From Amoebophrya sp. A120 (taxonomy: Eukaryota; Protista; Dinoflagellata), in the NCBI GenBank assembly GCA_905178155.1, contig CAJINV010000001.1, positions 8,091,599 to 8,155,598 on the forward strand: a stretch of DNA of 64,000 nucleotides. The letters run 5' to 3'. A model generated the notes under the pieces. The model saw only the letters and a list, made by a program, of their open reading frames with translations, ran no database searches and was not told the origin of the DNA. Positions 11,892 to 23,900 of this stretch are shown here, piece by piece. The position numbers were made by a program, and so were the translations under genes. How positions within the stretch are numbered: position 1 is the stretch's first letter; every line of letters begins with the position of its first letter.

Positions 11892-12626
11892 ATGACGTTG
11901 ACACAAGCGAGCCGAACGCCGTATGACCATCTGCGGTTTGCATACCCAGAGACCTGGAAAAACCTGATCCGAATTTTCGAGGAGAAAGGCGCTGTGACGA
12001 ACTTGGCGGGAATTCGAAGACCAGAAGGGTATGATCTTTTCAATTGACTCGACATTTGTTTTGATTGCGTTTGTGACACGTGAAGAGGAACCTGAGGCAT
12101 TTCGTCTCTTCTTCTATCTTCTAGCTACGTAGTGCTCACTATTGATAATTCTGGAGTGCTGGTTTAAAATGCTATCTCAATCGTAAAACAGGTTGAAGCT
12201 CGAGGGTCCTCATGAAGCGCCGGTGGAGGTCGCCAAGTCTTCCTTGGTGGAGCTGTCTCCCGAGGAGGTGAAGGCATTGCGTGAGAAGGAGGCCCGGGAA
12301 AAAGAAGCCATCCACCAGCAGCGTCTGTTGAAAAACACCAGGAGAAACCCGACGGGAGGATGGTACTATAATTTGTGCTTCGTCTGTTGATTTCACTATC
12401 ATGCAACAGTCAGCCTTACTATTACTTCGCGGCTGGGCTTGAATTTGGGATCTGAATTTTTATACCTTTTTTCTTTGTCAAAATCGATGTCACGACCACC
12501 AGGTACGAGGGTTTGCCCACGAACCACAAGATTGCGTGCGTGTACAACGAAAAGAAGGATAGCATGGCCATCAAGCAGCAGGAAGGCGTTGAGGCTTGGG
12601 AAAAGGAGCGCAACGGTGGAAAATGA
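11892..12626 (+). CDS. Small hypothetical protein, 3 exons (11892-12028, 12192-12362, 12503-12626), 143 aa
   Basis: Two GT-AG introns give one continuous frame: MTLTQASRTPYDHLRFAYPETWKNLIRIF...G|LKLEGPHE...RNPTGGW|YEGLPTNHK...NGGK*. Exon total is 432 nt. Confidence 0.7.
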
Positions 12627-13611
12627 GAAATGCACTATTCCGAAGATCTGTTTTGGTTTTGTGAAAATCAAAATTAAGATATCGCTTGCGGCATGCAATC
12701 GAGTGTCATGATGTTCATGAGCACCAGCCCTCCAGTGTCAGACATCTGCAAGAGAACTAACCTGTGTTTGATACGCATACTGTTGGAGAATATTTTCGTT
12801 TTGATGGAAAATGTAAATGAGAATCTGCCTGAAAATATAATGTCAGTGGCTGTACTTTGGATAAGCATAAGTGCGCGATGTCGAACAACTTTCACGACCT
12901 ACACTACTCTGTACAAAACTTTTACATCCATCAACGCATGATAAATATAATCATTCTTGCCTCGTCGCTTCGGGCGTGCCTTGGCTGCTCATCAGGAAAC
13001 AAAAGACTAGCCGAAAGTAGCACGGTGCCTGTGTACCAGTTGTTCTAAAAAAATTCTGCGTCAGCGGCGCTGCGTAGTTCGTACAGAATAACAAGTTTTA
13101 AGTCAACCCAGTTGCAACGGATCACGACGTTCTTCTACAAAGGATCAGAGGGTTGCGCTGATTGCAGCGATTCATGCAAGAAAGCCGAAGTCGTTTATCT
13201 TTATCCTTTAATGGGTGGTTCTTGATGATCTCAGCATTGTGATTGTTCCTTCCGAAGGACCAGAGCCAGGTCAATTTTTTAATTGCACTCTCTATTCCCG
13301 AACTCGATTCTGAATTTTTTCATGACCATGAGCATGACCTTGAAAACACTGAAAGCGAACAACCTACATCAATCTTGGTTGTGTAGGCACGTGGTCCCCC
13401 CTCACGTTTTGTCGTCTCTGAAAATACTAATATTCACATTCACATTTACAGTCAGGACATCCGAACTTTTTAGAAGCGCCATACCCAAAGGATCATCCCG
13501 CTGCAGAAGTCTTGTCCCGTTTGCGGCCTCGTTGTTCCCCGAAACCCGCGCCCCAGTGGATTTTTTTCGAGAGACGACCTGATCCAGAAGCGGTCCTCGT
13601 CTACTGCCGTG

Positions 13612-16419
13612 ATGGCTTCCGCAATATCTTCTACGTCTACAAGCCCACCAGCCTCCTTGCACGAATGCACCCTGCTGGAGCTGCTGGGCTGTTGCGCGCA
13701 CCGAGATTTAGGGCGCGTCCGAGAATGCTGGCTTACATTGTTTTCGGCGGGAGCGGAACCGTTTGTGCCGTCGCCCTTGCTGTTGTCTGCGCTCACCACC
13801 TCGGCAGAAGCTTTGACCGAGGTCATCAGCACCGGTTTTCCCGCTTTGGAGAATTCCGCCCAGGCCAGTGCGGCAGACCTGGAACTTATGCAGCTATGGC
13901 TCGCCGAGATCTATCGCCTCGTTGTGCGTGCGGCGTGTGACTCCATCACGACTGGGAGTTCTACGACTCCCACACTAGCATCCGCGCAGCAAAATAAATT
14001 CGACCACTCGTTCGTGGACTTCGAGTTCATTCCGCACCTCACCGCCGCCCTGCACGCCTTGCGGACGGAAATTTTTGCGACTAAGACGACCGTTGTCGCT
14101 GGCGAATCCGTCGACGACGAGCGGTTTCTGCTTCTTTTTTGCGCAACCGCGTGTCGTCGCCACCGAGTCGCGAGAGCGGCCCAGGGCCTGAATCCCGGCC
14201 GCTTTTTTTACGGCCACGCCAACCGCGCCTGGACGCAATCTCATGGCGTGGCGACCACGTTGTCGGGAAAGAATTCACTTTCTGGGCCCACAGGCGGGAA
14301 AAGAACCACACCTCTAAACAAGCACACCGGTACAAGCGGACTGATTTACGTGCCCACAATCCACCGACCGGGCGGAATCCTTGCGGCACCCATGAACCTG
14401 CACGAGCAGTTGGAGTTTCACGTTCGCGACATCCTGGCCTGTGTGATGTACCAAACCTCGAGTCTCTGGTGGTCCACATACTTTTTGACGCATGTGCAGA
14501 ACGCGATGGCGATCAGTCCGCTGGACTTCCTGTTCTTCGTTCTAGACAGCCCACCGAAAAAGATGACTCCTTCTCACCATCCCTCAACCAGCGTCGCTGG
14601 AGTTGCTGCGTCGAGAAGCGATTCTTCGGCAACAAGCGCGCAGAAAGTAAACACCATCTTCACGAAGAAGATCCTCCAGCGAGTGATGCAGCTAGTAATG
14701 CTGTTTGAGCAGACGATGACGGGAGGCACTACTCCGTACGAGATCGATCGAGATTTGTACGAAATCACCCTGAACCATGCAAGCCGAAACTGTTTCCAGT
14801 TTCCGATTTCTCGTCCCGTCTGCCTCCCGATCGCCGCATATCTTGCCTCGAGACTGCTGGATCGGCAGAACATGCTGACGTTAATGCCGGCCGGCCTCGG
14901 GGCCGAAGGACCAACGGAAGATGAGGCCAGGATGCAGCGTTTACACGGACAATCACAACAGCATGCCTGGAACAAAAGCGACGAGGCGGGGCGCGACTAC
15001 ATTTACAACAGCCTGTTGACGCTTGGCGAGACGGCCTGCGCCACTCTGTTTAACGAGACGGACGAATCGCAAAACTCCGCCGAAGCAACCGTGCTGTACC
15101 GCGGGTTGGTGTTTGGGCTCCTTGGCGGCCCCGCAACGCTGCAGATTCTCGGACGACACCCGTGGCAAATGCTGGTCGAGGCGGGGTTTTGCGTCTGGGG
15201 CGTTTTGTGGCCAGACTACGCCGAGTCGATGCGGCAGGTGGGGTTCGCCCGACAGGCGAAACAGGAGGAAAGCTTTCAGTTCTTCCACCCGGAGCTCGCG
15301 GAGACTTTCGCGCACCTGCTGGTGCAGTGCGGCCCGAACGTGGAGGCTTTGGGGCTCTCGCTGCGGGACTACGCAGAGCGGTCGCCGCAGGCAGAGGATC
15401 CGTGGCAACGCAAGAGCGGATTTCTGTTGGTCACCACGGTGGCGCGGACGGCGTTGAGCCTGGTGCAGAGGCAGACGCACACAGACTTCGGGGGCGTACA
15501 CCTACGCGCGTTGCTAGCAGACTGTCTTTGCTTTGTCCACCAGGTCGCCGGGGAAAGCGCGCTGTTGCAGGACTACGTGGTGCTTTTGAGCAACGTTTTT
15601 CACCATCCGATTATCACGGAAAAATCCTTCGAACTCCGTGCCATCGCCGAAAAAATGTTGCTCGACCTTTTCGCCTCTATCGCCGCACCGAACGAGAATT
15701 TCGGTCTGGCCCCTAAGCGGCGCAGCTTTGCGCTCCGTCGGTTGGACTGTTTTCTCCAGATCCTCACGATGAACACCAACCCAGATGTGATAGTCGTCGA
15801 CTCTTTACCGTTGTCGCACAAAAATAAATTCGTGATGTTCACGGAGGCGATGGGGCACGTTTTCCTTCAAATAATTCAGAACTCGAAACCGGAAACCGAC
15901 ATGCAGCCCGTTGCGTTTCGCGTGCACTGTCTCGTCGGGGCCGCCTGCCGTCAGAACAACCTGATGTTGCCCGCCCAGGAGTTGCCACTGCCGCACGCGT
16001 TTGCAGAGGCTTACATCGAAACGAGCATTCGCTGCCTGCATTCTTTCTGGGAGGATGTGTTTGAGGCAAACGTGGTTTTCCTCGTGCAGAACCATTCCAA
16101 ACTCTACCTGGACCTCGCGGTTCTCACCGCCCGGCAGCTGGGCCACGCCAAGTTTCTGACAAAAATTGTGCGGCACTGGCCGCCGATGGACGGACACCTG
16201 TGGGAGATACTATCGAGGCACGGCTTCGCTGATCCAAAGAACAGGACGAGAAAAAATGGTTTTGAGGGTGAACACACAAAAAATACTCTGCCTGGGGGCG
16301 GGATTTTTTACGGAGTCGGAGAAGCAGTGCGATTGCAGCACGTCCCCTACGTCATGCAGAACTACTCGGAGGCAACGAAGTTTCAACTCTTTCGGGATCA
16401 TTTGGATCATGGGAATTAA
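13612..16419 (+). CDS. Hypothetical ~935-aa Leu-rich, probably alpha-helical protein
   Basis: Long ORF with coding-like composition. The frame is open upstream to 13474, just after ttttag, so the 5' end may be spliced. No family recognised. Confidence 0.75.
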   Translation: MASAISSTSTSPPASLHECTLLELLGCCAHRDLGRVRECWLTLFSAGAEPFVPSPLLLSALTTSAEALTEVISTGFPALENSAQASAADLELMQLWLAEIYRLVVRAACDSITTGSSTTPTLASAQQNKFDHSFVDFEFIPHLTAALHALRTEIFATKTTVVAGESVDDERFLLLFCATACRRHRVARAAQGLNPGRFFYGHANRAWTQSHGVATTLSGKNSLSGPTGGKRTTPLNKHTGTSGLIYVPTIHRPGGILAAPMNLHEQLEFHVRDILACVMYQTSSLWWSTYFLTHVQNAMAISPLDFLFFVLDSPPKKMTPSHHPSTSVAGVAASRSDSSATSAQKVNTIFTKKILQRVMQLVMLFEQTMTGGTTPYEIDRDLYEITLNHASRNCFQFPISRPVCLPIAAYLASRLLDRQNMLTLMPAGLGAEGPTEDEARMQRLHGQSQQHAWNKSDEAGRDYIYNSLLTLGETACATLFNETDESQNSAEATVLYRGLVFGLLGGPATLQILGRHPWQMLVEAGFCVWGVLWPDYAESMRQVGFARQAKQEESFQFFHPELAETFAHLLVQCGPNVEALGLSLRDYAERSPQAEDPWQRKSGFLLVTTVARTALSLVQRQTHTDFGGVHLRALLADCLCFVHQVAGESALLQDYVVLLSNVFHHPIITEKSFELRAIAEKMLLDLFASIAAPNENFGLAPKRRSFALRRLDCFLQILTMNTNPDVIVVDSLPLSHKNKFVMFTEAMGHVFLQIIQNSKPETDMQPVAFRVHCLVGAACRQNNLMLPAQELPLPHAFAEAYIETSIRCLHSFWEDVFEANVVFLVQNHSKLYLDLAVLTARQLGHAKFLTKIVRHWPPMDGHLWEILSRHGFADPKNRTRKNGFEGEHTKNTLPGGGIFYGVGEAVRLQHVPYVMQNYSEATKFQLFRDHLDHGN

Positions 16420-17082
16420 GGGAAATGAGGTACGGCCCAGCAAATAAATGTATGACACTGTGATCCTATTCCTAAACAGAAAATGAAAATCGACAGAAAT
16501 GCGAATAAATGCATGAAGGAGCTAGTTTTCATCATTTTGTTTCATTCTCATTCTAAAAGGGAACCTCAACCTGCTTTATTTGGTCGATTTCAACTCGGGT
16601 GTGGTCTGGTGTTTGAAGAAAACACAAACACAAAAGCAAATCTTGAAACCGAGACTCTAAGTAGTAGTGTCTGCAAACGGACAACATGCACCATACTAGA
16701 TCATTGGCTCGACAACGTTTCAGGTCCAATCGTAAAATGAAAGAGAGCATGGAAAACAAAACTTTCAGAAGATCACGATCCAAAGTGAATCACAATCATG
16801 TGACCGGATTTATGATAATGATCCTCATATTGATCTTGTGCCGATCAGAACAACAAAATCAAGGATCATCTCGATCAGCCGATCGCTTGAGCGTCTGTCC
16901 TTGCTCCGCCGAATAAAGCGCAACACATGATCTCCTGCACCAGGACGTTACACATGATGAAGACTTGTACCTACATACTTCGAACAATATAATTGGTTGA
17001 GTTTCAGTTTGTAAGTGTAACCAAAAGAATCAGATTCAGAGCCTTTCACTGTTGTATTCGAATTAGCAGCACCATCTCAAAA

Positions 17083-20000
17083 ATGGGCGGCTTTAAGCGC
17101 AAAGTGCACCCGCAGGTGAAGAAGTTCGCGGAACGATCTGCGAACTCGAGCACCACCGCGGCGGCCGGCAAAAATCCCTTCGACACGCTGCAGAACAAAT
17201 CCCGCAACCGGCAGGTGCTTGGCGAGAAGCGACGGGGGGAGTTGCGCGACGCGCAGAAGGTGAACCAAGTGCGGAATCAGGAGCGTGCTTCGAAGCTGCT
17301 CGATGAGTACCGACGGAAGAACAAGAAGAGCGTGATCGACGATAAACGGATCGACCGGGAACACGACGACGAGTACGACGACAAAAGGCTGGTGAAGCTG
17401 TTAAATGCGAAGGCGAAAAAGAGCAAATTCCAGCTCGGCGAGGAGCAGGCGCTGACCCACGGCGGCCGGAGTCTCTCCGGCATCGCCGATGACGAGCTGG
17501 AGCGGGACCTGCCAGTCGGCCGCACCGAGATCGAACGCATGACCCGCGAGGAGGAAATCGCGATGGCAGAAGCCAATTTCGGTGGTGGCGCTACCGGCGC
17601 GAACGCAATCAAGATTCCGGGGCAGGACCGACAAGAAGGAAGAAGCACTAGCGAAGGTGTTGACGAAAGAGCAAGAAACGCGACAAGTTCATCATCTCCC
17701 GATCAGCCGAAGACCCGCGCGGAAATATTCGCGGAGATTGTGGAGAAGAGCAAGATCGCGAAGGCGCAAGAGATGAAGGAGCAGCGGGAGCAGGAAATGA
17801 AGCTCTCGGAATTCGACGCGGCGTTTGGGGATTTGTTGCCGATGCTGCAGATGTATCAAATGCAAAAATGTCTGGGTCTGGAAAGTTGTGATGCAGGTCA
17901 CTGAATAATAAGGACGCTGTAATGCGCCGCCAAGCATGACAAGTTTTTTCATGCTTCTGTGTTGCGTATTCCGCATGAGAAACTGCGTGTTTGCATGACA
18001 GGCTAGAGGAGCCCTTGGTTGCCACGCAATACAGATCCCAGAGTCATGCCAGACTAGCATGAGAAATCTCGCAATCTCCCAGACCCAGACATTTTTACAA
18101 TCCATAAGATGCGAGGGCCGGCGGATAAGTACCTGAACCACACGCGCCCCGACGACTACGACCGGCAGATGAAGCAGCTTTCGCATGAGAAGGTGGCCAG
18201 AGCGCAGGAGCGACTGAAGACGGAGGAGGAGATGAAGGTGGACCGGGCGAAGAAGCTACAGGAACTGGAACAGCAGCGGTTGCAGCGAGCTGTCGAGGAT
18301 AAAAGTCTGGTCGCGAAAAAGAAAAAATCGAGGGGAAGTGGTGACAACGGGGACAAGGAAAATCAAAATAACGGCTCCGGATTACAGTCGGGCGAAGATG
18401 ATTCCGAAAATGATGAAGGCGATGATGACTCGTCTGACGAGGAAGGTCTGATCCCGTTGGACGCGCAAACCGACAGCGAAAACGAGGACGACGCCGCTGC
18501 TGTCGAAGATGGAGATAGAACTACAAGGAAAACCACCTCAAACGCAAATGAGGACGATGACGAAGAACTTGTTGAAAACGAGAATGAAGACGCGTCCGGC
18601 TCAGACGAGGATTCTACCGACGAAAACTTCGACTTTCTTACTGAGCAGTTCAAGCAAGAGACTACTGGTGCGGAAGGTGAGTCCGAGTGGATTACCGAGG
18701 GCGGAAATATTAACGCAAGCGAAGAAGACGAAGAACATCTTCTGGCGAGTGACTTGGAGGAGCTTGATGGTGCAGAACAGGATTTTTCCAACACCGATGC
18801 TGAAGAAGAGGACCGCCAGGCATCAAATGGCAACAAGAAGAACAAAATCAGCAGCCTGTTCTACCCGCGCGCCCCCTCAAGCGTCGACCCGATGGTAAAC
18901 AACAACACGACGGAGAAAAACCTGCCGTTTCAGGTCTTGCAGGACCAAATCATTCCATTGCTTCAGAAGTACAAGTCACAGCCGACAATTGTCGTGAAGC
19001 TCGCCAAACGAGCTGTTTTGTCGTCCACCAAACAGCCGGACGAGGACTGGGCGGCGAGCGAGGTGATTTTGTTTCTGCTGGACGCCATCTGGCTCGACCT
19101 GACGGAGGCCGGGTCCTTTGCCCTGCTGTATGCCCTGGAACCCTTTCTGATCGAGCTGATTTCCGGATTAACAGCGACAAACAGTGTCTCGAACATCCGT
19201 ACGCAAAAGGTGGTGTACGGGTATTTCTCCGAGAAAATGGAAGAACTGGTCGGAAAATTTGAGTTCCACGGGAAGACGGAACTCCGGGATGCCTACAAGC
19301 AGGATAAACGCCAGTTTTTCCAATCTTTACATTTTGCGAAAATGCTCCTGCACTTTTTCCCCACGACCGACGTGCGCCACCCGCTTGTCTCCCCGATGTT
19401 GCTGCACTTGGACCGCCTGGTAGCGGTGGTGAGAAAGTTGTTTGCAGGCGACCAAGAGACACTGCGAACAGCGTTGCTGTACTTGAGAAACGTTCTGTTT
19501 GAGTACTCAAACTTGGCGAACACGTCGGACGTGAGCCTGCAAGCGAGTGGCCTTCTGCCCTCAAAATACAACTCCGAGGCACTGGGCAACACGTTTGGGG
19601 GAGCGAGCAAAAACGACAACGGAAGTTGTACCACGCCGGACCGATATCTGCCGGCCTTTTTCGCGGTGGAGCGGGAGCTGTGCAAACTCAACAAACAGAC
19701 CGACGCGAACAAAGTCACCTCGCTTCAGGATCTCGTTTCAACAGGAGATGAAGATGTTTATCTTCAAGATGGCACAACTACAACTTCTTCGAGAAAAAGC
19801 ACCAAAACAGCTGTTCATCTTCCAGACTGGGTGCGGCACGTCGGGGGGTACGAAGAAACCGCGGCCCACCGCCTCTTTCCGCTCCAGTACTTGAAACGCC
19901 CCGTGGTGCAGATCCCGATGCTCGATCCGGTCTTCCACGACCCGCGGGACGGTGCGCTGCCGAAGGGGGACCCGAATAGGACTCTGAACCGTAAGTTGAT

Positions 20001-20552
20001 ATGAAATGCAAAAATGTCTGGGACTGGAAACTTGTGATGCGAAGTGGCGATGATTGAGTGTACTCCTGAGAGCAGCCAAGCATGACAAATTTTCAGGACG
20101 CTTCCTCATGTGTAATGCGCATGAGAAGCAGCGTTTTTGCATGACAAAGAGTTCGCGCTTTTGTCGGTCACGCAATACAGGTTCTACAGGAGTGCAAGAC
20201 AAGCAATACAGATTTCAATTTTTCCAGACCCAGACATATTTGCAATGCATAGTTGAAGCAGGAGTACAACAAGGAGCGACGGAACGCGGCCAAGGAGCTG
20301 CGCAAGGACGCGGAATTCCTGCGGCACGTGAAGGCCAAGGAGGACGAGCGGTTCGTGAAGAAGCAGGAGGTGCAGAAGAAGCGCGTCCGGGCCATGATGG
20401 GCGTCGAGGCGCAGGACATTGCGCAGATGCGAACCTCGCACGCCACCAGCATGGACACCTCCTTGGGGTCCTACAAAAGAAGGAAAAAAGAGAAGAAGCA
20501 AAACGCGCGGCTGGCCGGAAACAAGACGAACAAGGATGTGGGACGAGATTAG
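17083..20552 (+). CDS. NOP14: Nucleolar protein 14 (SSU processome), 3 exons split by two introners, ~984 aa
   Basis: Nop14 hallmarks: NPFD, LLDEYRRKNKKSVIDDKRI, LTHGGRSL, KTRAEIFAEIVEKSK, DDYDRQMKQL, RLKTEEE, FPTTDVRHPLVSP, KLKQEYNKERRNAAKELRKDAEFL. Removing 258 nt and 257 nt joins the three ORFs in frame. Confidence 0.92.
17854..18106. mobile_element. Introner family A, copy 1 (non-canonical intron in NOP14)
   Basis: TIR tatcaaatgcaaaaatgtctgggtctgg / ccagacccagacatttttacaatccata. Direct repeat AGATG at 17849-53 and 18107-11. Element plus one repeat is 258 nt and restores ...LQM|RGP... Confidence 0.93.
20000..20251. mobile_element. Introner family A, copy 2 (non-canonical intron in NOP14)
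   Basis: TIR tatgaaatgcaaaaatgtctgggactgg / ccagacccagacatatttgcaatgcata. Direct repeat GTTGA at 19995-99 and 20252-56. Removing 257 nt gives NRKL|KQEY. Confidence 0.93.
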
Positions 20553-20927
20553 TGGGGAAAATAGGTGGTCGTCCCGGTTTGTCGACGTGTAGTTTTCTCA
20601 ATTGAACATTGCATTCGCACAATTTTTCGAAACCGCAAGAAGATCACTCAGAGAATGTATGCTTACTTTCCTCCGCTTTACGTAAAGCTAAAGTTTAGTG
20701 TTCTAAAGAAGAATGAGATCTTTACCTTTCCCGCGTTACAAACTGGAAGACGCAATCCAATGAATCAGTATCGAGCGAGCGAGCGTGAGAGCCAACGTGG
20801 ATGAGACGAGAGCGAGGGTGCCTATTACGAAAAGGTCGCCAGTGCGCTGGTAGACGCTGCGGTAGTTCTTAGGTTTCTTTTCTTCCTCCATGTTACAACT
20901 TTTCCGGACACAGAAAACTCTTTCGCC

Positions 20928-23900
20928 ATGTCATCTCCGCCGTATCTGTTCTCGTTGCTGGGGAGTTCGAAATCCCTGTCCGCTGCGGGCGTCGTCGGTT
21001 GGTCGCAGTCCGCCACAGACGAAGCGGTGCTCAATGACGACAGCCTGGACGCGCTGAAAAAGTTTCGGCAACTGTTCGGCATTTCCCTGGACTGGACCAA
21101 GTTTCCCGTCGTCCGGGTGGCCGAGTGTGACCCAGAGCACAAGTATGTCAAGCGGGCCGGGTGCCGACCGGGCGATGTGCTGCTCGCGTTGTGCAGCACG
21201 GTGGACCGCGTCACGTTGGTCACGCAGTGGTACATCTCCGGCAGTACCTCCCCGGAACACGTCATCATGGAGAGGGTGTAATTTTTTTCTCGATTGGTTT
21301 CAAGCCAAGAAAAGAGCATCATGATAAAGTAAGACCGGCTGCAGATAGAAGTGACAGTGAGAATATCTGTGGTGATCCACCTGGTCTTGTTCTTTTTGTG
21401 TGAACAATGAATAATTTTCGTAACAAGGTTGACTTGAATACGCGTGATCATAACTTCAATGCTTTGTCCACAGGTCAAGCAACGCATCAAAGAAAAGAAA
21501 CCGCAAGTGGTGTCCTTCATCTTTTTGTCGCATAAAAACGCGCACGAGTACTTGCAGCTGCAGATACCGGACTTGCAGACCGGCAAAAAGCCGGGGCTGT
21601 CTTTCGCGCGAGGCACGGGGAAGGTGACCGCAGTGACAGCATGGGCCGCCGAGATGGGGCTGCAGGCTGGGGACGAAATTTCCGCCGCGAACGAACTCTT
21701 TTTCGATGGCCAGCCAGAAAGCGACCCGTGTTGGGCCACGCTGGAAAAGTATTTGGAGCAAAGCCGTCCTCTGTATATCCTCTTTCGACGGAAAGGGGCG
21801 GGGTTCGACCCGGGGAAACAGCCAAAGTTGGACCGTCCCCTGCCCGAGCGGTGGATGGATCGAGTCAAGAACAAGGGGCCGTTTTACGCGACCCCAAATG
21901 CTGCTACTGCCAGCACAGCGAGCAACTCCCCTGCAGCGAGTGCTGCACTGCTTCGCGCCAGCCCAGCCGGGAGTGTGGCCGAGGGGGCACAGGACCAAGC
22001 GGGCAGCAGTATGGCACTGTCTCAGTCGGGAGCCGGTTCAACATCTTCCCCTGGAGCTGCACCACGAAGCAACAAGCAGAAACCGCCGGCCGGCTCGCCG
22101 TACTTGGTTTCGATGTTGTTCGCGCTGACAAAAGTGGACAAACAAAAGGCCGCGGGCGTGCACGGGTGGGGGCAGAGTCGACTGGACGATCCAGCAGTGA
22201 TAGACGATGCGTCTCTCTCGGGCCCCGCAAAGTTTCGGTCGCTGTTCGGATTCTGTCTCGACTGGACGCTTTTTCCGCGGGTGGTCGTAACGCAAGTCGA
22301 TCCCTTCCGCCCGGATGGGGTGACGCCCTCCCGAGCAAAGCGCGGCGGCCTTGAGGTCGGCGATTTTCTTCTCTTCGTCGCGTCACAGTCAGACCGCATC
22401 ACTATGGTCGCGACGTGGAAGGGCGACAGTCCGGAAGACGCGATCCTGAACCGGATCAAGGAGCGCATCGCGGCGAAGAAACCGCAGGTCTCGTCTTTTG
22501 GGTTCCTGCGCTCGAACTTTGCGGAACGGTATGTTCAAATCTTCATTCCGAAGAACACGCCCGCATTGATAACGGTCGACGGCAAATCGGGGAGCATCAC
22601 GCAGCCGCCCGACTCGGAGCTGACTCGGCGTGGAGTGGTCGTCGGAGACGTGGTGGCTGCCGTCAACGACGTGCTCACCGTAGAGAGCGACGACCCGTCT
22701 CGCATCGGACGCCGACTCGGCGACTCTTCCGCTGACCGCCACGTGTTGGTGTTTCGGCCGGACGGGAGCTCCGCAGCGAGTAAGACCTTCACCAAAGCGT
22801 CACGCGACGAGGATTTCGTTGTGCGCGACTTGCCGAAGGCATGGCGAGAGAAGTCGAGCCAGGGTTACGCGGATAGCGAAAAGCTGTACGCGAAACAAAC
22901 ACAGGAGAGCGGCGCTGGCGCAACTACATCTACACCGCAGAAGTCCCTTGAAGGATCAACAACATCTCCAGCCATTGTGACTGCACCACCAGCACCAGGA
23001 GGACCTCCAGCTCCTGCGGAGGATAAGCAGAAGACGCCGGGACCGTACCTGCGGTCGATGCTGGCGATGGTGAAAGACCCGAAACAGGCCGGTATCACCG
23101 GATGGTCGCAGGGAACGATTGACACTGCAGTTCTGGACAACAGCCAAATGAGCAGCGTCGAGCGCTTTCACAAACTTTTCGGTTTCGACCTCGACTGGGC
23201 GGAATTCCCGCTTGTGCGGTGCAGTTCCATCTCCTCCGATCCTGCCTCGCGCGCGCAGCGGGCGAAAATTGCCGTCGGCGACTTACTCCTCGTCTGCGGC
23301 GGATCTACAGACCGCGTTACGCTCTCCGCCACGTGGGGCGGCACGACCAATGATCTCGAGTCCGCGATTCTGGCCCGCATTCAGGAGCGGATCAAAGAGA
23401 AGAAACCACAGGTGGCAACCTTCATTTTTCTCACGGCTGCGAGCCTCGGTAATTACGTCCAATTGACTTTGCCGGTGAAGAAAAGCAGCGTCGAGGATGA
23501 TATCGGCGTGGAAGCTTGGGACCACGATGCGACGAGAGTGCGAATCGGAAAATTGACGGCCAGCTCCTCCACATGGGCGAGACGCCACGACCTCGCGGTC
23601 GGGGACGAGATAATCGTCAGCAACGACCTGGTTGTGGAAACGGATACTGCTGCTTTCATCCGCCGCGTCGGCCGACGGGACCAGGAACAAAGACTTTTGG
23701 TGCGCAGGCCCAGCGGTCCGTTCTCGTCGGTGACCCGCGCATCGGAAGATTTCTTGACCCGCCCGCTACCAGACAAGTGGAAAGTCGCACTTGCTACGCG
23801 TCCGCAAGTCGCCCGCGCGTCCTCTTCATCGCCCCCGGTTGTTGTACCCGAGAAAAGAGTCGTTGTCGCAACGCCGACTATCAAAGAATCGCAGGCACCA

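Noticed and set aside
19991-20264. Perfect GTAAGT donor just before NOP14 introner 2, suggesting a canonical intron
   Set aside because: Pairing it with the nearby AGs (20252, 20258, 20261, 20264) gives lengths of 1 mod 3, but 2 mod 3 is required to restore the frame.
20825-21874. 349-aa minus-strand ORF and the many other overlapping ORFs
   Set aside because: These are antisense or alternative-frame shadows of GC-rich coding genes; this one also crosses an intron.
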